Source: Polyangiales bacterium
GTDB lineage: Bacteria; Myxococcota_A; Polyangia; Polyangiales; Polyangiaceae
Reading direction: 5' to 3'
Length of the DNA: 64,000 nucleotides
Assembly (NCBI GenBank): GCA_038230375.1
Contig: JBBRNJ010000024.1
Span: 1 to 64,000 of the forward strand
This document shows positions 18,844 to 27,463 of this stretch, in pieces. The notes under the pieces were generated by a model. It ran no database searches. It saw only the letters and a list, made by a program, of their open reading frames with translations, and was not told the origin of the DNA. Both the position numbers and the translations under genes were made by a program. Every line of letters begins with the position of its first letter. Positions within the stretch are counted from its first letter, which is position 1.

Positions 18844-19561
18844 AGCACCCGCTCTCCTTGGCGAAGGAGACAGCGTCAGTCCGGGCCATTGGGGCGTGCA
18901 CCAAGGATCCCGCGTTGCCAAGGATCGTGGCGACCTGGGTCGCGAACATCGGCGCGAGCATGGGCGCGGCCGGTAGGAGGCTCGTGACCAGGTCGAGCGT
19001 GTTGTCGACCAGCTTCCGGGTCTTCTTCTGCTTCGGCGACTCGTCGTGGATGAAGAACAGAAGGAAGCCCATGTGCAGGCCCCAGAGCGCAAGGACGAGC
19101 ACACGGCGCGACGCCGGGTCCAGCGCGGCCGCTTCGGCGGAGGTCGCAAGTGCCTCGTCGAAGATCTGGATGCTCTCCTCGCGGACGGCGTGCGTGGCTT
19201 CTCCGAAGATGCTCGTGGGGCTCTGCGGATCGCCGATGCTACGAAAGAGCCCCGAGAGCAGCAGGCGATCCTTCGCGAGCACGTCGAGCTTCTCGTGGAT
19301 GATCGCGCCGAGTCGCGCGCGGACATCCTGGAGCTTCTCGAACTCGGCCCGTGCCGCTGCCGTGGAGGCACGCTGCGTCTGTTCGTAGTACGCGAGGATG
19401 AACGACTCCTTCGATGGAAAGTAGTAGTAGGCCGCGCCCACCGCGACGCCCGCTGCGTCCGCGATGTCTCGCATGGTCGACTCCTCGAAGCCATGACGGC
19501 GAAATTGAGCGAGCGCGGCCCGGAGAATTCGTGCGCGGGTCGCGTCGCTCTTCTTCGTCAT
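18821..19561 (-). CDS. TetR/AcrR family transcriptional regulator
   Basis: TRARILRAAL..F...GFE..TMRDIA..AGVAVGAAYYYFPSKE HTH; 3' end possibly frameshifted. Confidence 0.9.
   Translation of the reverse strand: MTKKSDATRARILRAALAQFRRHGFEESTMRDIADAAGVAVGAAYYYFPSKESFILAYYEQTQRASTAAARAEFEKLQDVRARLGAIIHEKLDVLAKDRLLLSGLFRSIGDPQSPTSIFGEATHAVREESIQIFDEALATSAEAAALDPASRRVLVLALWGLHMGFLLFFIHDESPKQKKTRKLVDNTLDLVTSLLPAAPMLAPMFATQVATILGNAGSLVHAPMARTDAVSFAKESGCFSARNSW
18853..18870. terminator. hairpin between convergent sdpC and tetR
   Basis: tctcctt-ggcg-aaggaga perfect 7-bp stem beginning 10 nt after the sdpC stop. Confidence 0.5.
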
Positions 19562-19583
19562 CGGAGGCTCGTGGGAGCGTCGG

Positions 19584-20024
19584 TCATCGGTAGGTCCGCT
19601 GCGGACGATGCTCGTTCCCGTGGTCCGGCGCAAGATGAGAAATCGTGCAGAATGCACCTTCTTCACACCGGACTGGGCCAAAGAACCTCGCAATGCTCTG
19701 ACGCCGTGACGAGAGCGCATGAAAGAACCGCGCAGCGAGCGGCGCAAGCTCTGGTCCGGAGAGGCGGTACGACCACTCGCGGTAGTCGACCAGCGCCCAG
19801 AGGCACATGATGAACGCAGCGGAGCCGACCCAGACGTCCCCTTCGTCGCTCACGACAACCAGCTCCTCCCCTAGCCAGGGCACCGCGCCAAAGCGCGTGC
19901 GCGCCTCCGCCGACTGACACACGAGGAGCTCGATCGGGACGTACGACGCGTGCTCTGCAAGAAAGTCGCGACAGCGAAGGCAGAGCGCGCAGGAGCCGTC
20001 GTAGAGCACGGTGAGCGCGTTCAT
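19584..20024 (-). CDS. DCC1-like thiol-disulfide oxidoreductase (DUF393)
   Basis: VLYDGSCALC (DxxCxxC) motif; start overlaps the upstream stop. Confidence 0.85.
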   Translation of the reverse strand: MNALTVLYDGSCALCLRCRDFLAEHASYVPIELLVCQSAEARTRFGAVPWLGEELVVVSDEGDVWVGSAAFIMCLWALVDYREWSYRLSGPELAPLAARFFHALSSRRQSIARFFGPVRCEEGAFCTISHLAPDHGNEHRPQRTYR

Positions 20025-20509
20025 CACGCACCTTGCTGGGCGTGCGCTTCATGCGCGGCTGGCGCGTAGAACTGCTGGGCCGCGTAGGGCGCTGCGCCAA
20101 GCCGCATCTGTGGCGCGACCGGCGGCGGAAGGACAAGAGCCCGCGCACGACGACGGATCCGGTAGAACAGATACATGTTGCTGAAGTGCATCACGCCGAG
20201 CGAGATGAGGAGCCCACCGAGCTTCCACGCGAGGACCTCCGCGGCCTGCACCGGCGTGGTCGCGCCGTTCGCCTTCATGAGCAGCGCGGCGTAGCCCAGG
20301 TTCATCAGATAGAACCCGACGACAAGCAGGCGGTTCACCGCGTCTGCCATCTTCGGCGTGTCCTTGAACACGTCCTCCAGAAACACGGCACCGTTCTTGA
20401 AGAGCGTGCGCGCGAGAAAGATGGTCAGCGTGAGCGTGATCACGGCATACGCGACGTACACGGGAACAAGCAACGTAGCCTCAGCGCCTTGTGCAACAAC
20501 GGGGTCCAT
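20024..20509 (-). CDS. conserved small integral membrane protein (about 3 TM)
   Basis: GGAGG RBS; three hydrophobic segments; AVNRLLVVGFYLMNLGY motif. Confidence 0.8.
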   Translation of the reverse strand: MDPVVAQGAEATLLVPVYVAYAVITLTLTIFLARTLFKNGAVFLEDVFKDTPKMADAVNRLLVVGFYLMNLGYAALLMKANGATTPVQAAEVLAWKLGGLLISLGVMHFSNMYLFYRIRRRARALVLPPPVAPQMRLGAAPYAAQQFYAPAAHEAHAQQGA

Positions 20510-20530
20510 GGAGGCCCTCCTTGACTGGTT

Positions 20531-20544
20531 TTGAACGCGTTCAA
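20531..20544. promoter_or_regulatory. putative TetR operator, copy 1
   Basis: perfect palindrome TTGAACGCGTTCAA. Confidence 0.7.
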
Positions 20545-20591
20545 TTCTGAGTTGAACCATGCGTCTCCTGACGGCTCCCGTCAAGGTGGCA

Positions 20592-20607
20592 TTTGAACGC
20601 GTTCAAA
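20592..20607. promoter_or_regulatory. putative TetR operator, copy 2
   Basis: perfect palindrome TTTGAACGCGTTCAAA; the two copies flank a minus-strand TTGACG-17nt-CATGGT promoter candidate. Confidence 0.7.
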
Positions 20608-20671
20608 AATGTCGTCATGGCTCGCGAAAAACAAGCCCCGTGGACCCAGCCGTGCTCTAGATTCGGCGCGC

Positions 20672-21760
20672 ATGACCATCACCACGGCCGCCCCGCGCAG
20701 CGAGCGCCTGCCACCCACCGTCATCCGCGTGGTCTATCCCCGCGCGCGAGGCCGTGTCGCGTTGCGCGGCGGCAGCGCTGGCCTTGACTGGACCACGGAT
20801 CGCGCGCCCGACGAGGTCTCTGGCGACGTGAGCCTATTTCGGCTCTTCGTCCCCGCGTACGAGCCCGTAGAGGTGAAGGTCGTTCGCGAGGGCGGCGCAT
20901 GGATGGTCGGCCGCAACGCAGTCATCGGCCACGGCGATTCGGTCGTCCTGCGTCCTGCCTTCGATCGCAGCACGGGGTCGACCTCGAGCCTGCGGACCGT
21001 GGATCTCCCGTGGGGTGGCGCGCTCCACATACGCGTGCGTCTTCCTCCGAGCTACGAGGAGCAGGATCAGCAGCGGTATCCCGTTCTGTACTGTCAGGAT
21101 GGGCAATCGGTGTGGAGCGACGGTGCGGACCCGTTCGGCGTGTGGGGCCTCGACAAGGTGATCGACGACCTATGTGAGATCGGCGCCACGGACGAGATGA
21201 TCGTGGTGTCGATTGACACGGGCGAAGGTCGGCTCGACCGCCTTGCTCCCGTGCCCGATCTCAAGCATGGCGGCGGCACCGGCGGCGAGAATCACCTGCG
21301 CGGCATGGTCGATGTGCTGAAGCCGCTCATCGACCGCGAGTACCGCACGCGCCCCGAGCGAGCCTCGACGGTCCTGCTCGGCGCGTCGATGGGCGCGCTC
21401 TTCTCGCTGTGGGCGGCATGGCAGCGCGCCGACGTCTTTGGCGGCGCGATATGCCTGTCACCGTCGCTCTGGTGGGGCCATCGCTTCATGCTCAAGCTCG
21501 TCTCTGCTGGCGTCTGCCCCGCGCCGCGCCCCGTCCTGTACCTTGATTCGGGCGCCGCCACCTTCGACTATGAGCAAGACGCGAGCACGCGCGACGGCGT
21601 GCACAACACGCGCGCCATGTATCGCGCGCTGCGCGAGCATTGCTACGAACTGGGCGACGATCTCTTCGTGCTCTCCTTCACGGGACACCACCACGACACA
21701 AGGAGCTGGGCGGCACGCGTGTCTATCCCACTCCAGCTCTTCTTCCCGCGCAGCACCTGA
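20672..21760 (+). CDS. alpha/beta-hydrolase, putative esterase (PF00756-like) with N-terminal beta domain
   Basis: LPPSY....RYPVLYCQDGQ; GASMG nucleophile; YLDSG; C-terminal His motif. Confidence 0.85.
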   Translation: MTITTAAPRSERLPPTVIRVVYPRARGRVALRGGSAGLDWTTDRAPDEVSGDVSLFRLFVPAYEPVEVKVVREGGAWMVGRNAVIGHGDSVVLRPAFDRSTGSTSSLRTVDLPWGGALHIRVRLPPSYEEQDQQRYPVLYCQDGQSVWSDGADPFGVWGLDKVIDDLCEIGATDEMIVVSIDTGEGRLDRLAPVPDLKHGGGTGGENHLRGMVDVLKPLIDREYRTRPERASTVLLGASMGALFSLWAAWQRADVFGGAICLSPSLWWGHRFMLKLVSAGVCPAPRPVLYLDSGAATFDYEQDASTRDGVHNTRAMYRALREHCYELGDDLFVLSFTGHHHDTRSWAARVSIPLQLFFPRST

Positions 21761-21866
21761 TCTTGCGCCACGCGTGACGTGACGATGCCCTCGTGCATGC
21801 GACCTACTCGAACGATTCGCCTGCGGCGGTAGCCAGGCTCGTCGCCGGCGGTCCGTGAGCAGTAGA

Positions 21867-22853
21867 TCAGCCGTCGATCCACGGCTGCAGGACGATCTTG
21901 CCGGTGCTCTTGCGGCCCTCGATCAGGCGATGAACATCAGCGGCCCTGGCGAGCGGAAAGGCTCCGCCGCTCTGCAGCTTTAGCTTTCCTGCCTGGACGA
22001 AGCCAATGAGCTCGCCCAGTGCTTGCTGGATGATCGAAGGCGTCTTCGCAAATCCGAAGATGCGAAAGCCAACGATCGACTGGTTATGTTCCTCCAGGTC
22101 CCAGGGGGCGATGGGCGCAGCTTCGCCCGCGGCCTTGCCGATGACGATCAATCGGCCGAACGGCGCCAGCGCGCTGAGTGCCTGGGCCGTGGTCTCGCCA
22201 CCAACCAGATCGAGCACCACGTCGGCGCCGCGTCCGTCGGTCAGATCGCGCACGGCCTTGGCCCAACCGGGGGCCGTATAGTCGACCGATGCATCGGCGC
22301 CGAGTGCCTCGGCGATCGCGCGCTTCTCGGGTGAGCTGGCCGCTGCGATGACCTTGCCGGCACCATAGAGCTTGGCGAGCTGAACGGCGAACGAACCGAC
22401 GCCTCCGGCCGCGGCCTCGACGAGCACGCTTTCACCAGGAGCCAGCCGTGCGCTTTTTCGAAGCGCCAGCACTGCGGTGAGCCCCTGTGCCATGAGCGAC
22501 ACCACTTCGACCGGGCTGAACCCCGCCGGGATCGGGAAGGTCGTCGCGATGGGTGCGACGACGAACTGCGCATAGCCGCCCGATGGCGGCGCCGAGACAA
22601 CAGGCGTGCCGATCTTGAAGCCGGTCACATCCGGTCCCACGGCGACGACCGTCCCCGCCACTTCTGCACCGGGGATGAAGGGCAGTGGCGTCTCGACGTC
22701 ATACTCGCCGCGGCGCCACATGATGTCCGAGAAATTCACTCCCGCAGCTTCGACGCGAATCAGGACCTCACCAGCGCCGGGGGTTGGCTCGGGCACCTGG
22801 CGAAGGTTCAGGACGTCTGCGGCGCCGGTTCTGTCCATCTGTATAGCTTTCAT
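21867..22853 (-). CDS. NADPH:quinone oxidoreductase (MDR, zeta-crystallin family)
   Basis: AAGVNFSD, PG.E.AG.V, AAAGGVG and GKIVL motifs. Confidence 0.9.
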   Translation of the reverse strand: MKAIQMDRTGAADVLNLRQVPEPTPGAGEVLIRVEAAGVNFSDIMWRRGEYDVETPLPFIPGAEVAGTVVAVGPDVTGFKIGTPVVSAPPSGGYAQFVVAPIATTFPIPAGFSPVEVVSLMAQGLTAVLALRKSARLAPGESVLVEAAAGGVGSFAVQLAKLYGAGKVIAAASSPEKRAIAEALGADASVDYTAPGWAKAVRDLTDGRGADVVLDLVGGETTAQALSALAPFGRLIVIGKAAGEAAPIAPWDLEEHNQSIVGFRIFGFAKTPSIIQQALGELIGFVQAGKLKLQSGGAFPLARAADVHRLIEGRKSTGKIVLQPWIDG

Positions 22854-22891
22854 ATCGATGTCTCCAATGTTCAAGAACAGGGTGCGTTCAT

Positions 22892-23734
22892 TCAAGTACG
22901 AGAGAGCGCGGTCACCGCGTCGAGCCTCAGGTTCTTCCTGATTCCCGCGTCCACCGGCCCGGCGGGCGCGTAGTCGCGAAACCACTTGAGCCGTCGCGCG
23001 CGCGGGCCGGCGGCATAGCGCACCTTTGGGTGAGCCGCGGTTGCGGCGTGGAGCACGGCGTCGGCCACAACGCTCGGCTCGTCGGCTTCGTCGATCATCT
23101 CGGTCAGCCGCTTACCCACTGCGACGCGCGCCTCGCGATATTCATCGAGCTTCGCGTCTGGCTCCAGGAGGTTCGCGTCGAACTGGGTCTTGGTATTCGC
23201 CGGCTCGATGAGCACGACACGGATGCCCCGCGTGCGAAGTTCGTGGTCGAGCGACTCCGAATACCCCTCTACGGCGTGCTTGCTCGCCGTGTAGAGCGCC
23301 ATGTACGGCATCGGCAGGAAGCCGAATATCGAGGCGATGTTGACGATGCGTCCTGCCTGCTGCTTTCGCATCCAGGGCAGCACGGCGCGCGTCATGCGTA
23401 CGGTGCCGAAGAAGTTGGTATCGAAGATCGCCTTGGCCTGCTCGATGGTGCTCTCCTCCGCTCCCGCGGGGGCAACGCTGAAGCCGGCGTTGTTGACGAG
23501 CAAATCGATGCGCCCTTCGAGCCGGATCAGCTCGGCAACGGCGGCCTCCACCGACGCGTCGCTCGTGACGTCCAGGCTCAGCATGTCGAACGCGCGCTTC
23601 TGTGGGCCCGCGCCACGTCGGCTGGTGCCGTAGACCTTGTAGCCCGCCTCCACGAGGCGCATCGCGGTGGCCTCGCCGATCCCCGACGATGCTCCCGTGA
23701 CCAGCGCCGTCTTCTGTGTCTGCTCTGTTGCCAT
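22892..23734 (-). CDS. short-chain dehydrogenase/reductase
   Basis: TGASSGIG, LVNNAG, YTASK. Confidence 0.92.
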   Translation of the reverse strand: MATEQTQKTALVTGASSGIGEATAMRLVEAGYKVYGTSRRGAGPQKRAFDMLSLDVTSDASVEAAVAELIRLEGRIDLLVNNAGFSVAPAGAEESTIEQAKAIFDTNFFGTVRMTRAVLPWMRKQQAGRIVNIASIFGFLPMPYMALYTASKHAVEGYSESLDHELRTRGIRVVLIEPANTKTQFDANLLEPDAKLDEYREARVAVGKRLTEMIDEADEPSVVADAVLHAATAAHPKVRYAAGPRARRLKWFRDYAPAGPVDAGIRKNLRLDAVTALSRT

Positions 23735-23764
23735 GATTGCTTTCCCTTCCCCTTCTTCCATTTA

Positions 23765-23784
23765 ATCTTGACTTGTCGTTCCAG
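23765..23784 (+). promoter_or_regulatory. putative TetR operator upstream of SDR
   Basis: ATCTTGACTTGTCGTTCCAG, 17/20 identical to the reverse complement of 24438-24457. Confidence 0.6.
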
Positions 23785-23826
23785 TATTGAACGTGCGGAG
23801 ACCCGATCGCGGCTTCGCGGGTTCGG

Positions 23827-24414
23827 TCAGTGAGCGGTCACGAGGCCGAGCGCGCCGTCGACGACGCTGCGCTGCCATGCACGATCGGGGATTGCCCGGC
23901 CCATGGCCCGGAGGCCCCAGACGAGGGTCACGATCACGCGTGCAGCCGCTCGGGGGTTCACGCCCGGCGGCACCTCGCGGGCGTCCTGCGCCTCACGGAT
24001 GGTCGCGACGAGCGCCTTCTCGAGAGACGCGACGGCCGCCCGCGCATGGGAGACGACCATGTCGTCGCAGCGCCCGCGCTCGACCGCCGAGCTGATGAGC
24101 ATGCAGCCGCGGTTTCCCGGCTCGGCCTCGTCCGCGACCATGCGAAAGACGCGTTGGAGCCGACCGAGCGGGCTCGCCCCACCGCTCGGGTCGCGCAGCG
24201 CCTGTGCCGCCCCGGCATACCGGGCCGCGTAGCGATCGAGCGCGGCGCGGAAGAGCCCGTGCTTGTCACCGAACGTGTCGTAGATGCTCTGCCGTTGCAC
24301 CCCGGTCGCAGTCACCAGGTCGGCGATCGACGTGGCCTCGTAGCCCTTCTCCCAGAACACGCCAAGCGCGCGTTCCAGTGCGATGTCGGGGTCGAATTCT
24401 TTGGTGCGCGCCAT
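23827..24414 (-). CDS. TetR/AcrR family regulator (NemR/ComR-like)
   Basis: MARTKEFD...LERAL.VFWEKGYEATSI.DL...TGV.R.S.Y.TFGDK; C-terminal RGCML. Confidence 0.92.
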   Translation of the reverse strand: MARTKEFDPDIALERALGVFWEKGYEATSIADLVTATGVQRQSIYDTFGDKHGLFRAALDRYAARYAGAAQALRDPSGGASPLGRLQRVFRMVADEAEPGNRGCMLISSAVERGRCDDMVVSHARAAVASLEKALVATIREAQDAREVPPGVNPRAAARVIVTLVWGLRAMGRAIPDRAWQRSVVDGALGLVTAH

Positions 24415-24437
24415 CTGACACCACCAGCATGACCATT

Positions 24438-24457
24438 CCGGAACGAACAGTCAAGAT
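24438..24457 (-). promoter_or_regulatory. putative autoregulatory operator overlapping the tetR -35
   Basis: minus strand ATCTTGACTGTTCGTTCCGG; TTGACT-17nt-CATGCT promoter candidate. Confidence 0.6.
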
Positions 24458-24570
24458 ATGTTTGGGCGGTCTCGTCTACGTCCGATGGTGGCTCCGATCT
24501 TCCCGATCAGCGAGCTACCCTTTCACCTTCGCGCCCGCGCAATGAGCACGCTCCAGCGCACTCACGCTAC

Positions 24571-26469
24571 TCAGAAGCGGTCGCCCGCAGGCCAGCTCTT
24601 CACGGCGGCGATGCCTTGCTTCACGGCCGTCGACATGGCGAACCCGCCCATGTCGCTCGAGGGCCGCGTGTTGGCGATGACCGCGTAGGTGTAGCCGCCC
24701 GGGAGCACCTCCAGGAAGGCGACCGTGCCGATGATGTCGCCGTTGTGCCACTGCGTCGCGCCCCAGCCGAAGCCATAGTTCGGATCGTTGCCGGAGTTGA
24801 CGTCCGGCACATGGGTGTACGTCAGCATGGAGGAGTGAGAGGTGGTCGACATGATGTCCGGCTTGGTCGCGAGACCGTCCACGCGCACGACGTAGCGCGC
24901 GAGATCGACCGGAGAGGCGACCCAGCCGCCGTGGGAGTCGAACCGCGTGACGTTGTTGTCGTACGCGGATGACGGATAGTAGGTGACCTCACGCGGGAGA
25001 CGCGCCCCCGGCGAATTGCCGGCGATCGCCATGTCGGTCACGCCGGAGGGCGCAAGGACGACCTCCTTCACGTAGGCGTCGTAGCTCTTGTGCGTCACCT
25101 TCTCGATGATCCGGCCCAGGAGACAGTAGCCAAAGTTCAGGTACTCGAACTTCATGTCCGGGTCGCGCGTCATCCTGTGATCCGCATCGTTCAGCGTCCA
25201 GGAGATGAGCTGCGTGTGGTTCATGCCGGTGTTGGTGAACATGGGATCGTTCGAGCCGTTCGTGAGGCCCGACGTGTGGTGGAGCAGGTGGCGGATCTTG
25301 ATCTTCTCGATCTTCTTGTTGCCGGCCGGCGTGGGGAACTGCGCGCCCAGGTGGCCGGTGGGGCCGAAGACGTTGTCGTCCAGGTGCAGCGTGCCCTGCT
25401 CCACGAGATGCATGATCGCAGCGGTGGTGATGTTCTTCGACACGCTTGCGACGCGGAACATGGAGCGCGGACCGGCCTCTTCGCCGGTCGAGGTGTCCGT
25501 CTGGCCAAAGCCGCCCGCATAGACGAGCCTCCCATCCTTCGTGATCGCGACGGACAGGCCGGGGATGCTGTGCGTGCTCATGTACGACCTGATCGGCGCC
25601 GCCAGCGCGTTGAGGTCCGCGCCGCTCCACGTGGTGTTCTCGAAGATCGCATTCACGCGCGCGGAGCCGCCTGACGAGAACGCGACCACGTAGGTCGGGT
25701 CCCATGCCTGGTAGACGTGGTTGTCGAACACGTTCTGGTACGACATCATCGCAATGCCGTGACGGGCCGACTGCATGGGCCCCGACGTCTGCTCCCAGAT
25801 CGCCGCGTAGAGATCCTGACCGCCGACGTTGTAGCCGCTCACCTCCTTGAGGCGTAGGCCGCGGTGCCCGTTCTGGTCGAACTCGGTCTGGTACTGCGCG
25901 GACGTCATGGCGTGGCGCGCGACATAGGCGGGGCCCGCGGACTTCTCGAAGATAGCCGCGTACGACGCCTGCCCGCCGCCCTGCGCGCCGCTCACGTGGA
26001 GCAAGCGGTAGCCCTGCTTCGTCAGGTCGTCGAACGTCTGCTGGTACTGCTGCGCGCTGAGGCCGTGGCGAGCGACGAGCGGGGCGTTGCCGCCCTTCTC
26101 CCAGATCGCGGAGTACTTGAGGGCGCCGCCGTACTCGTGCGCCTGTACCCAGGACAGGCGGAAGCCCTGCTTGCCCAGGTCGTCGAACGCCTTCTGGTAG
26201 TCGGCCGCCGAAAGACCGTGCCGCGCCGTCCACTCCGACCCGGATGTCTTCGTGAAGAGCGCCGCGTAGCGCTCCTGCCCGCCATCCACATAGCCGCTCA
26301 CGTTCTTCAGGCGGTAGCCTTGACGCGTCAGCGTATCGAACGTGCTCTGGTAGTCCGCCGCGCTCAGCCCATGCCGCGCCTGCGTGTCTGTGGCGCTCGC
26401 AGGCAACGCCACGAACAAGATCGAAAGCAGCACCACGACCGCAGCCCACACGCCTCTTCGGGTCGACAT
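24571..26469 (-). CDS. secreted serine hydrolase (beta-lactamase/PBP fold) with five N-terminal bacterial tandem repeats (BTRD1-like)
   Basis: signal peptide; five 'ARHG.S...YQ..FD.....GY' repeats; SVSK, LLHHTSG, YLN and HNG motifs. Confidence 0.88.
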   Translation of the reverse strand: MSTRRGVWAAVVVLLSILFVALPASATDTQARHGLSAADYQSTFDTLTRQGYRLKNVSGYVDGGQERYAALFTKTSGSEWTARHGLSAADYQKAFDDLGKQGFRLSWVQAHEYGGALKYSAIWEKGGNAPLVARHGLSAQQYQQTFDDLTKQGYRLLHVSGAQGGGQASYAAIFEKSAGPAYVARHAMTSAQYQTEFDQNGHRGLRLKEVSGYNVGGQDLYAAIWEQTSGPMQSARHGIAMMSYQNVFDNHVYQAWDPTYVVAFSSGGSARVNAIFENTTWSGADLNALAAPIRSYMSTHSIPGLSVAITKDGRLVYAGGFGQTDTSTGEEAGPRSMFRVASVSKNITTAAIMHLVEQGTLHLDDNVFGPTGHLGAQFPTPAGNKKIEKIKIRHLLHHTSGLTNGSNDPMFTNTGMNHTQLISWTLNDADHRMTRDPDMKFEYLNFGYCLLGRIIEKVTHKSYDAYVKEVVLAPSGVTDMAIAGNSPGARLPREVTYYPSSAYDNNVTRFDSHGGWVASPVDLARYVVRVDGLATKPDIMSTTSHSSMLTYTHVPDVNSGNDPNYGFGWGATQWHNGDIIGTVAFLEVLPGGYTYAVIANTRPSSDMGGFAMSTAVKQGIAAVKSWPAGDRF

Positions 26470-26721
26470 GGTCCGTACACTAGCCCAGTCGAAAGCCGAT
26501 GAGAGTCACCCGTTCGGAGTACGACGCCCTGGGGGATCGCCACACCCTGCATCGTCCAGGAGACAGCGGTGCAGACGTCATGCGAGCGAAGAGATCCACG
26601 GGCAAGTCATGCTCGGCCCGGCGGTTTTGTCGGGCGGAAGCACACACGCGCTGACGCAGAGTGCAACGAAATCACGGCCAATATGGGCATTCGTGTGTCA
26701 CCGGGGTCATGCGGCGCCATC

Positions 26722-26737
26722 TGGCACCATCGCTGCA
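26722..26737 (+). promoter_or_regulatory. putative sigma54 promoter
   Basis: TGGCAC-CATCG-CTGCA (GG-N10-GC), about 65 nt upstream of ATG 26803. Confidence 0.5.
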
Positions 26738-26802
26738 AAGTAGGGGTAAGCCCGCGGCATTGCACGCGGGTTCCTTCAACGCATCTGCAAGGAGTCTCTC
26801 CC

Positions 26803-27339
26803 ATGAATTCGATCCGCCCTCGCTCGCTTTCGCTCGGAATCACCGCCATCGTCACCGGCCTGCTCGTCGTCGCATGCAGTGGAGGGCCTGTCGATGGCCC
26901 CGTGGACCAGACGTCCGAGAACCTCGATGTTGCGGCAGTGCCCGCGCCCGCGCCGACCACCACCGCGCCCGACAAGAGCGACTGCCCCAATCTCCTGAAC
27001 CAGATGATGTGGGGCAACGGAACGATGGCGCCGCTGCGCTGCTGTCCGCACGTTGGCAATCCGAGCTGGACGCAGCTGGACTACATCAAGGTGCTGAAGC
27101 TGGATCGCGATGCGCTTGCGGATGCGCAGGCCGCGTGCGATGCGGCCACTGCGGGCAGCTACATCACGGGCATCGCGAGCACGTGCGTGATCAAGTGGAA
27201 CGCCCCCGGTGCGGTGCTGGGCATCGGCTCGACGTGCTTCGCGCTGCAGTCCTCCGAGTACTGCGCTCTGGCCGCACGGATCAGGACCACGATCGATTGG
27301 ACGAAGGCCTGTCTGCAGCTCGAAGCCGGCGGCCCGTGA
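26803..27339 (+). CDS. Cys-containing lipoprotein
   Basis: AAGGAG RBS; lipobox VVA-C; eight further Cys. Confidence 0.7.
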   Translation: MNSIRPRSLSLGITAIVTGLLVVACSGGPVDGPVDQTSENLDVAAVPAPAPTTTAPDKSDCPNLLNQMMWGNGTMAPLRCCPHVGNPSWTQLDYIKVLKLDRDALADAQAACDAATAGSYITGIASTCVIKWNAPGAVLGIGSTCFALQSSEYCALAARIRTTIDWTKACLQLEAGGP

Positions 27340-27463
27340 GCGCCTGAACCCTGGCGAAATCGCGAGTTACCCGATAGCCACTTTGGGCTAGAGGAATTAT
27401 CGGCGTGACCTGCAAGAATGTTTCGCCGAGGTGCCGCCGACGCAGAAGGGCTATGCTTCGAGC

